Shown here: positions 53,277 to 64,000 of the stretch, one piece after another | Layout of the letters: each line of letters opens with the position of its first letter | Position numbering within the stretch: position 1 is the first letter of the stretch | Notes under the pieces: model-generated | Seen by the model: the letters and a program-made list of their open reading frames with translations, nothing else | Told to the model about the DNA's origin: nothing | The model's database searches: none | Translations under genes and position numbers: made by a program | Assembly (NCBI RefSeq): GCF_000150275.1 | Contig: NW_002060947.1 | Coordinates: forward strand, 2,469,740-2,533,739 | Direction: 5' to 3' | Length of the DNA: 64,000 bases | From: Trichoplax adhaerens | Lineage: Eukaryota > Animalia > Placozoa

Positions 53277-56200
53277 TTAAACGGTGCTTTCAACACAATC
53301 ACGAGTGTGAATCTGGCCATAAGTAGGTCTTCGCCCCAATGCAACATGTGTAGAAGCTCTTCTTTCACTTAGACTTGAGCGGAAGGCATTGATGACTCGA
53401 ATCTAATAAAATCAATTTATATCATAGAATTTAATCTCCAACGAGGTAAGATTTTTCGTCCAAGCGATAATATCGAACGAACCTGCGCTTGAAGACGTGA
53501 TACTCCTCGTACCCATAATAACTATTATAAAAGAATTGAGTCACCGTATTAAAAGCAAACAAAGTCTAGATACAACACCTAAAAGAAATAATTACTCGTG
53601 CTCGGTTATCAGGAACTGAATCAGGTTCACTAATCGGATACTCTACTGGCTTCGTCCCAAATCTCCAGCTCTTGGGTAATTTATAACTGGGAATATAGCT
53701 AAGCATCACACCCCAAACGAGTTCGCCAGCTCCGAAAAATATGCACCAGAGCCATAAATCGAGATCGAGGGGTAAACAGTGGAAAGCTATCCCACCAGCT
53801 TCTACTAATACAACCTAAGCAATGTGATACAATTTACTTTCTCATACTTGAAATCATAATATTTATTGAATAAACCAATTAGTATCCGCTTAAATAACCA
53901 ATTTATACAAGCAAATACACTACGTTAATACTACATCATTTACCTGAACAGCGATTGTACCGAAAAATATTATTAAAAATATCGGATTCTTAAGTATTCC
54001 TTGAAGTACATTTCTCTCTCCATGAATTTTTCGAGCGTTGATTTCATTAAAGATCTATTAATGCGTATATAAGACTTACTGAATAATTCTTTTATACATC
54101 CAGTATGACTAAGACCTACCTGCATTTGAACAAAAGTATTAAATACCATAGTGAAATGTTTTGTAGGAACTAGCGAGTGAGCAGTCTCGTTTGCTCGACC
54201 TTCCTTAATATCAAATAAGACTTCTCCATAAAATATAATAAGAAACAGCACTGTCAGCTGATACAGGCAATGGCCTACGATATTCTTCGTCATAGTTCTC
54301 GATATTAAGGCCTTGTTACGTCCATACGGTTTGCGATTTAACAAATCGGGAGAAGGTAGTTCTGTTGCTAAGGCTAAAGACGCAAAAGTGTCCATTATCA
54401 GGTTGACCCATAGTAGTTGTACCGCCTTTAACGGGCTAGCCTGAAAGAAAGTACAGTAACGTATGATAACAGTTTAAATACATATCTGTGCAGCTGTTCT
54501 TTTTGTAATTTACCTGTATTGAAGCTGCTCCAATAAATGACGTTATGACAGCAGTAACATTTACGGTAAGCTGAAATTGTAAGAACTTTGAAATGCTGTC
54601 GTAAACATTTCTTCCCCACATTACAGCCTTCACAATACTACGAAAATTGTCATCAGTTAATATAATATCTGACGCTTCTTTTGCAACATCAGTGCCGGCA
54701 ATTCCCTAAGAAAGTGGACATAACATAATATGTTGTACAGTACTTGCATGCTCCTTTCAAACATTAAACATTTTATCACGTTTAATTAATGTATTAGTAA
54801 TTTACAGTTGGTACAATTACGCGTATGTAATTCATATTTACCATAGCAAAGCCAACATCCGCCACTTTTAGGGCAGGACCATCGTTTGTACCATCTCCTG
54901 TAACAGCTACAACATCTTGAATATTTTTACTTTGAATCAGGCCCTTTACTAACGTATACTTATCTTCTGGAGATGATCGTGCTAATACTCTTATTTTAGG
55001 GAGTAACTTGCTCATAAGATTTAAACTTATCTGAAAATGGTACATACATACGATATTGAGGACAAACAATCATCTACAACGAAATTGTCAATTTAGTAAT
55101 GTAACACAATACGTATACGTATTTTACATACTTTATTATGTTTATCTCGAATTCTTCTATTGAAGTCTTTTCCTTCAATAACTATAAATCCGTCATTTTC
55201 CGATATTATGCCACATTTAAGAGCTATTGATTTCGCAGTTTTTAAGTTATCTCCCGTAACCATCCTAACCACAATACCAGCACTTTGACATTGCTTTATT
55301 GCACCAGGAACTTCGGGTCTTACTGGATCTTCAATACCAACAACACCAATACAAGTCAAATCGTCTATCACACTCTCTTCGTCCTCCCAATTTACGAGAT
55401 TATCTATGCACGTATTTTCAGATTTATTTATATATCAGGAAAATATTTGAATACTCATAATAACACAAACTTAAAATCATTAATCAAATAAGATCTCTCC
55501 CTCAAGAAAATCGTACAGTTGTCTATATCCTTATAAGCAAGTCCAATAGTACGTAGACCGTTAGAAGCCATACTTTCCACAACAGATCTGATAAGATCAT
55601 CACGTTCTTCACTCGAGAAATCACTATCAGTGTACACATGCAACTAATGATTATTTTTCAAATTTAAATTCATTTCTTATCACTGTATCTCTCAATTACT
55701 CACTGAACAGCACCATCAGAATTAATGATACTACTGCACTTCTTTAGAATAATCTCAGACGCCCCTTTTGTATAAATTCTGCAGCCAGTACTCTTCGGAA
55801 TAGCGGTAGACATCGACTTACGTACCGAATTGAATGTATACACCTTAAGAAAGTTTTCCTCAGTAATTTTCTTTCGGTAATCATCATAATTACGATCAAA
55901 TTTCTTTACAAAGCCTAATAAAGCACACTCTGTTTTGTTTCCGACTTGGCCGGGTAACTGATCAGGATTTTCTGGAGGCGGCGGCTTTAGTAATATATTT
56001 GAAAGAATATTATAAGATCTGATGCTACCAGGTAAAAGAAAAACTAAGATCGATGATATACATACCGTAATCTTCGAAGTGTAACTACTATTTGTTGCTA
56101 TACCCTCGCAAAGTAATTCAATGTAGTTGCTGGACAAGTCATTAATAACTGGATCATGAGGATAGAGTTTTTTCCCTAAGTAGCTGCTAACTACTGTCAT

Positions 56201-57650
56201 ACGGTTTGTAGTCAGAGTTCCTGTTTTATCAGAACAAATTGCGGTTGCATTACCCATGGTTTCACATGCATCGAGATGTCTTACAAGGTTATTGTCTAGC
56301 ATCATTTTCTTTACTGAATAGGCCAAAGAAATCGTGACGGCTAATGGAAGGCCTTCAGGAACAGCTACTACGATAACTGTTATTGCAATAATTACGAAGC
56401 CCAGAAAGCGTCGGCTATGCGAAGGCACCCACGGTAGTTGTCCAATAGCATAAGTTTCGATGCAAAAGCGAACGATTAGGACCAGTAATGATAGCACAGC
56501 AATGCATAGGCCTACTTTACCAATTAATATTGCCAATTTATTTAATTTTCCTTGAAGCACTGATTTTTCCTAGCACAGTAGAAATTTGCATCAAGGTTAC
56601 AATTAAAAATTAATCATAAATAATATACAGAAAATTATACTTTCAGTCTTTTCTTCTTTTCCGGTTTCTCAATGTCGATTTCACCGTTCCCAGATAAAGT
56701 GTCATCTTCAATACGCAGATCCTCATCTTCATCGTCATCGTCATCATGAGCGTCATCAGCCATGTCTTTCTTTCCACTCATTAATGTAAAAATTATCCCT
56801 GATTGTGAATTAACACCAACAGCGGTTACGATCATTTTACCACTACCTTCCATTACATGAGTACCGGATAATAACATCAAGTTATTTGGTCCTTTTTTAA
56901 TTAAATCAGATTCGCCGGTAAGTGAGCTTTCATCCGTTTTCAAATCGTTGCTCTGGATTACAACCCCATCCGCAGGCAACAAATCGCCATACTTTACCTT
57001 TCAGAAAGATTGCTACTGCTATAATTATCACTACACAACTATCATATAGGCATTATCAAGATAGAAAATAATCGATCTAGATTTGTTATGCATACCTGAG
57101 CAACATCACCAACCACAATTTCAGCAATATTAATTTGCTGAACAGTTCCGCCTCGAATAACGGCGAATTTTTGTTCTTCCTTAATACGGTTTTTCAAGCC
57201 ACGAAATTGCTTTTCTTTAGTATAATCATTAAATGCCGTAACCAGCACAACAACAATTACAGAAACAAGAATAGCAACTCCTTCTATCCAGCCATTCGAC
57301 TCTATTTCGATCGTTAAGCCAAGGATAAGAGAAACTGCAGCAGAACACATCAGAATAATTAGTGTTAAATCCTGCATAGCCTCCCACATTAGGCGTAAAA
57401 ACGACTTTGCTTCTGGCTCAGGTATAACGTTGACACCAAACAGTCTCTTCCTTTCAGCAATGTCATCAGGATCACCACTTAAGCCTTCAGTGATAGAAGA
57501 CTTAAGGTAATCTTCGGTTAAAGCCGATGCATCTCCAAACATTTTTCCTAGTTTCGCTGCTCCCTCTCTGCCGCGAACTTTCATCAGTGTAATCAACTGT
57601 TCTCGTGTACATCTTATATTGCTATCCATTTCGTTTGTATTGCTAGTCAT
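53277..57650 (-). CDS. ATP2B: Plasma-membrane Ca2+-ATPase (PMCA, P2B type)
   Basis: [42 protein letters not shown], calmodulin-binding [23 protein letters not shown], and the C-terminal PDZ ligand ESTV*. Confidence 0.97.
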
Positions 57651-58494
57651 TCCTTCTGATTCTTAGACGATCCAGTTACAATACTTTATTATAAATGAAA
57701 GAGAAAAGTGTTGTATGTTAATAAGGAAAGCTAAATATTATCAATCTAATATATTTATAGCATAGTTTTCATTTAAAACTCTGGATATGTGATCTCTTAT
57801 TACTATAATAATAAATCAAAATCATCATTCAGCAGTTACTGATTAACAAACGATCACTGTATGATGGTACATTTTACGCGTATATACGGTAAATTAATTC
57901 AATGCTATTTACAGTTAAAACATACAGTACAATAAAATAATATTTCAGAAATATAAGATAGTAATAATAATGAATTGCACTGACCACTAACTGCAAGTAG
58001 TAATAATATAAAATAAGATAAAAATAATCATAATAATCCATTTGACTAGATTTTTAAGTCAATCTTAAACTATTACATCTTGTGCAAGATATGACGACTT
58101 CGCACTTATATACGGTACACTAACTACTAACGGTAGTCTAAAACTAAAGGATATTTTTTAAACTTAAAAATGATCTTGATTCGATAACCCAAGATTAACT
58201 TCAAATCGATTCTTTACGAGAACTTCCAAAACTGCTGGATTTATTGTACCATAAAAATCGAATTTTATTTCACACTTTCTAGTCACGAATAGCATCAATA
58301 ACTTAAATTTTAAATGTCAAGTTATAAACAAACCAGCAGAAATTTTGATATGCAGAAATGAAACGAGAAGAAATACTGTATATTTATTCGTCCAAAAAGT
58401 ACACCCACAACTCGCGCACCGCTGCCGCCGCAACTGATACAGTAGTTGGCACCGCGTACTGTAAGCTGATATTGCTTGTGCATCAATATAAAAA

Positions 58495-59143
58495 TACAGT
58501 ACAGTCCTACGGACTGCTAAAAGAGATTACAGTACTGCACAATGTACAGTACTACTCATTGTTCATTTGTTCAGTACAGCACTGTAACATGACAGTCGCA
58601 AAAGTCGCAAGAGTGATTTACTGTAGTTTACTGTACTGTACAAAGTACAGTGTACAGTGCATGGTGTTCTAACGGTGGGGTACAGTTATGCCTGCAAGAC
58701 TAGTCAGAGACTTTTAAACCTCAATTGGTAACAGTACCGTACACAGTACAGTACAGTACAGCATTCAAAGTTTTTACGCACGACCGTACAGTACAGTACA
58801 GTATAGCGATAGAGTGTACTGTACAGTACTGTAGCAGAAGCACAGTAACCGACGGTAGAGTACAGTACAGTACACTGTCCTGTACTGTACGTGTATGTAC
58901 TGTACGGTATAGTATTTGGTACCGTGAGTTCTAACGTAAAATACAGTACTGTACTGTAGAAATCAACACAGTACTGTACAGTACTGTACAGTACAGTAAT
59001 TAACAACGAACGAGGAAAAAAGGAATCCTATGACTCAAACTGGTGCAACCTGTATGCGGTAAGACTACAACGAGACGTGTAGTGTAGCCAGTGGCTTCTC
59101 TTGCAGAGACTGCTACGTACTGTACTGTACACTGAGTGTACAG
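58495..59143. repeat. (TACAG/TACTG)n cluster in the PMCA/IDH3G bidirectional promoter
   Basis: Arrays at about 58620-58660, 58730-58920, 58940-59000 and 59115-59143. Confidence 0.95.
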
Positions 59144-59249
59144 ACTGAAAAGCTATTTCCAGCTCTCTTAGCACTTGCAGCCCCTAGCTGAATCAGACTG
59201 GTACTGAACTACCAACTTCGTTACATTTCCTGTTAACGAATTTGACGTA

Positions 59250-62200
59250 ATGGCTTCTGCTTGTAACATATGGAAGACAGTAAATCTATACAAGCATAAA
59301 GTAGGCAATTTTTCGTAAAGAAAATCAATCATAACTCACCTACCAGTTCTACCATGTAAAATCATTCTCAATCAGTTTCTTTGCCACTTGCAATTTTAGT
59401 AATGTTCTTCCATAACAAAATTTTTGATGAACTCATCATAAAATAATATAATTAATTAATTAGATAAAATAGATACAGCGCGCATCACTGGAAATTCAGT
59501 TATTTCATCCTACATGTATCTTTTCAATTTACAGGGTTTGCACATGCAATTCTATCCGATTGGACATCGTTTACTATCTTCGTCCAAAGCAAATGTTAGA
59601 TTAATGAATTTACAAATTTATTACTAACCATCTTATAGCTACCCGAACTTTTCATACATGATTTAATAATACTGCAGTATTGCGGTATAATACTTTAACA
59701 ATAAATTGCAGTAGTATCAGTATTAAGTTAACAATTTAGCTAAATCAAAGCGAAACATCTCTTATGTTACAATTATGCATAAATTAACTATTTACCGTGC
59801 TATGTATTTATTTTTGCCTTCTTTAGTATGCTTTTTCTCAATACGGAGGTCGGTATACTGTGACCTTAATTCCAGGTGATGGAATAGGTCCTGAGATGGC
59901 AAGGCACGTTAAGACGGTGCTACAGTAAGATAGTATTTCACTTTCACAAATAAATAGACTTTAAGATACGTTATTGATATTATTCCGTAATCTGATAATT
60001 TTACGTCCCTTATCGTAGTAAATGCGGCGCTCCAATAGATTTTGAAGTAATAGATATCAAGTAAGTTAAGTGTGTATTTTATTGAATATATTACTTGACA
60101 TCTGTTTAAATTTCTGTATAGCAATAACCTACGTAAACTGGTTTTAATAGCTCTTTAAAAGTATACCATAAAGCACAGTACTGAATTCTAGCATACTCAT
60201 GTTTTAGTGACAGCTGATCTGATTTTATATAATTATTTGAAATACGCATAAAGTGAACTCAATAATACGTAATACAGCTTTTTTCTAATTTTATCGCTAC
60301 GATAGAGATGAATCATCTACAGATGCTGCTATCATTTCCTTGAAAAGAAACGGTATCGGACTAAAAGGTTAATTTCGCCTATAGCTTGTAAAGCTGTTGC
60401 TTATAAATGATCAAATTGCAATAATTTCTGGTTTAGTACGACTTCAATATGCCTGAGTGGTATTCGAATATTCTCTATACTGCAATTTTAAGTACTTGAA
60501 TATTAAGTTTATTGAATGTACTTTAGGAACAATTACTACTAATATTTCCAATCCTCAATCTCAATCAATTAACGCTCAAATAAGGTATTGGTACTGCCAT
60601 AATCCTTATATCATTATATTGTGACAAACATACAAGTGTATTATTTTGTATTACTGTTCTTGTAGCTCCTAAAGGTCTAGCAGGTGAATATGTTTTTAAT
60701 AATTATGTAATGAAAGATACGCGGCAGGTTATAGAAAATATATTAAGTATGAAATTTGATGCGGTTTCTATTTTTAAATTGTTGCTATACTAGGCGAAAG
60801 CTTGATCTGTATTCTAATATCGTACCGTGTAAATCAATACCTGGTGTCTGGACTAGGTAAATGTGTATACAGTAATAGTTAAGCTAGATTGTTTAAACGA
60901 ATCAGTTTAAGTCAGATTATCTACTGTAATTAATACACTCGTATGTTCATGCGACTTCGCTGATAACAGGCATGGCCAGGTTGATTTAGTAGTTATTCGC
61001 GAAAATACGGAGGGCGAGTACGGCAGCCTCGAGCATGAGGTTAGTATTCAATATCGTAATAGTTATCGTAAATTTGGGTATAAGCAATATATTTTAGCGA
61101 ATGAGGAACCTATGTAACTTATCAAATACTTAGAACGTCGATGGAGTTGTTGAAAGTTTAAAAATTATAACAGAAAAGAAAAGTCGGCGGATTGCAAAGT
61201 TTGCCTTCGATTACGCACTTCAGAATAACAGGCGTAAAGTAACTGCAATTCATAAGGCTAACATAATGTAAGTACCACTTAAAGTATGCAGTATTACTGA
61301 TATTATCACCTAAGTTTTATCCAACTAAAAATTTATACAGGAAACTAGCCGATGGCTTATTCTTGGAGACATGCAGAGAAATTTCAAAAGACTACACAGA
61401 CATAGAATTCGAGTCTATGATAATTGACAATTGCTGTATGCAGGTCAAAATCTTTTATATCTGTTAGCAGTTAGGCTGTGTTTCATTATTACGAGTTTTG
61501 ATAGAATTACTTGAATTACTACGTGATTTACTACTCCCAAGAATATTCAAAAACATGTTCTAACCGTAGATTTTAACGTTTCATAATGCCATGTTTTCGA
61601 GATCCCTTAGATGGTAACTAATCCTCAGCAATTTGATGTTATGGTAATGCCAAATCTATATGGTAACATCGTGAGCCACATTGGCATCGGCTTAGTAGGT
61701 GGCATTGGTCTAGTGCCTGGGAAAAACATCGGAGATAAATACGCTATTTTTGAATCAGTACGGTAGTAGCATTACTTTTAGACGAATTTACATTGTCAAT
61801 GATTATTTCTTTATTAAGTAAAATTAATTTAATCTTATAGTTAACTAATTCTTACCCAGATTATTTTTACTTTGCTTATCAATAACATAAACGGGATGTA
61901 CTAAGCTCCCAAATTATGCATACTGTACATTCTCTATCCACCTTCTTGAAACAATTCAATTTTTATTGACTTTAAATACAAAGGGTGCAAGAAATATTGG
62001 AAGTGACCTAGTAGGATTAAATCGGGCGAACCCTTGTGGCTTTCTCTTTACAAGTGCCTTGATGTTGCGACACTTAGGGTAGGTTTCTCGTCTTTATCTT
62101 ATAGCCAAATTTCCTGTACATAATTATTCCTTCAACAGTGCTCGCAAACCTGTAATAAGCGACGTCACTCTAATTCATAATATAGTTTGGATGATTATGC

Positions 62201-62483
62201 CGATATCATCGAAAGCGCCGTTAGGACGACAATCAAGAATGGGAAGGTACTACTAGTAGAGAGATGAAACTAAATATTTTAGTAAAAAGATTAGAGTCCT
62301 TATAGAATGATGAAATTTGCTGTCATTTTTTATTCCTTAAAGCTTCTAATCTGCTCATTTTTGCAGTTAAATTAATTAAGAAATAATATATCCTTCTATT
62401 AGTGCCGTACGCCTGATATCCAAGGGGATAGAACAACTGCAGATTTTATTGATGCAGTAATAAAAGAAATAGATGTTCAATAA
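59250..62483 (+). CDS. IDH3G: NAD-dependent isocitrate dehydrogenase, regulatory subunit (gamma-like), missed by the ORF track
   Basis: Exons encode [62 protein letters not shown] and [14 protein letters not shown] (Asn rather than Asp, so non-catalytic). The YGGR start favours gamma over beta. Stop at 62481-62483. Confidence 0.88.
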
Positions 62484-63178
62484 CCTTACTGTTTTTGTTT
62501 ATCGTTTTGGTATGATCAAAATGGTAATATAGCCGTGCTTGGCTAAAATACTTCATAAACGATAACTACAGTATATCTGAAGATTCATCCTTAATACAAC
62601 TTAAAATATGCGATATACTGCAGAACACAAGTCTCGTTTATAAATAAATATTTCATCAGAAATATACAGTACAGTATACTATACAGTCCATTCATTAAGA
62701 CTACCAAGGTAAACATATTATACAATTTAATTTATCATGCTGTAAATTGGCTCCAAGTAAAACATACGCATTAATTGAGGTTTTAGCGGTTTGCAAATAC
62801 TAATCTTTCGTTAACAATCCTGCAGCAACTGCGATTAAAATTTCAGCATGAGAATTAAATGTTTTTTGTACAGTACAGTACAGTAGACTCAGCTGAAACT
62901 GTCCTACTGTGCTACAAGTAGTCACTAGTTACTGCCCCACTACTATACGTACTGTATAGTGTATAGTAGTAGCAGTACTGTATACTGTGTATATAGCAGT
63001 GGCGTAGCAGCAATACAGGGACCTCTCTTCTAGCTTTTAGTACAGTTGTGCGGGTGAAATCCTACTGAATATAATGGTTTTAATTTAAATTAATTATTGA
63101 CGTAACACTACGTCTGCACGACGAAGTAATGGTACAATACAGCCATTCAAAACTGTACTAAAAATACAGTACTGTAGT

Positions 63179-63286
63179 CACGGTATAAAGTTACTGAACC
63201 TCTGACAGGTCTATCAAATGGTACAGTAATACTGTACTATCTGTTAAATGAGCACATTATCGTAAAGCGACGGGAGTTTGTACTAG
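63179..63286 (+). mobile_element. Helitron-like 3' terminus, copy 2 (hairpin partly deleted, two 5-bp insertions)
   Basis: Aligns to 2450-2568 and ends GGGAGTTTGTACTAG|T. Confidence 0.6.
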
Positions 63287-63573
63287 TCTCACTTGAAACG
63301 TACTGTACAGTTTAATATCTGAAACGGTACACTGTACTGTTCACGATTGTCATCCAAATTAGCCGCTTGATTTTGTACTGTACAGTTTCGGTGGTAGCGT
63401 ATACTATGTACTGTACTGTACTGTGCAGTAGAACGAGCAGAAAAATGATAAACCTTATTATTTTGAACTGAAGAACCGCTAGGCGTCCCTCTCTCTTGCT
63501 CTACAGTACAGTAGTCTACTAGACTTTACACTGTACAGTACAGTACAGCCATGGACTACAGTACTGCACGTAG

Positions 63574-63948
63574 AAGAAGACCTGGACTGACCTATCCCTC
63601 GGACAGGCGGACTTTTCTTACCAAATGAGGCCACAAATATCAAAAAAACGGCTTCTTACTGTAGATCAACCTTCCGTGTCTGTTTTTTAAATCACTGGTA
63701 CTAATTTAAGTAACATCTATGATCTTATATAACTGTTTCTAAGCAGAATTTAGTAACGTAATAAACTATTACTCAACCCTTTAATTTAATTTAGAAAAAT
63801 CAGTCAATTTAAAATCGACCATCGGTATACTAAAGTACTGTACAGTGTACATACTAGTACTGTCATGATGAAGTGTTTGAACAAATATTTTAACGAAATG
63901 AGGCCGAAAAGGTCTGTCCGTCCAAGAGTAAACAGTCCAGGTCTTCTT
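63574..63948. mobile_element. MITE of about 375 bp
   Basis: Perfect 16-bp TIR AAGAAGACCTGGACTG (63574-63589 and 63933-63948) extending imperfectly to about 40 bp. TAG lies on both flanks. Confidence 0.7.
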
Positions 63949-64000
63949 TAGGTAATCGATGGTACAGCATACTGTGTGCATGTACTGCACTTATGATCAT

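Larger units (their letters stand above)
62868..63990. repeat. (TACAG/TACTG)n cluster at the window end, probably upstream of the next gene
   Basis: Arrays at about 62868-62885, 63300-63430, 63500-63566 and 63835-63862. Confidence 0.85.

Noticed and set aside
63017-63490. AGGGAC...GTCCCT as the two ends of a single element
   Set aside because: Only 6 bp are complementary and there is no target-site duplication.

Overview
AT-rich, gene-dense, intron-rich animal genomic DNA. Short introns, gene content and an intron-poor divergent rhodopsin GPCR suggest a placozoan such as Trichoplax; this is an inference and was not verified. Spliced genes reconstructed by hand, in order: the last exon of a CaaX-ending protein (probable Prickle paralog), a Prickle3/testin-type PET-LIM gene, CCDC146, RPN1, HDAC11, a class A GPCR, ATP6AP1, a tandem-C2 protein with an N-myristoylation motif, HCFC1, a PMCA calcium pump and IDH3G. 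Most short ORFs in the track are single exons or repeat artefacts. The main unexplained signal is non-coding. Upstream and bidirectional promoter regions are packed with irregular mixtures of TA-CAG and TA-CTG units. These match the 5-bp footprint (TA to TACAGTA or TACTGTA) left when Sleeping-Beauty-type Tc1/mariner transposons excise. Comparing duplicated sequences inside the window (two Helitron-like ends and two MITE arm pairs) shows these units added at individual TA sites. This suggests repeated cut-and-paste cycles concentrated in promoter chromatin. No transposase gene was recognised in the window.
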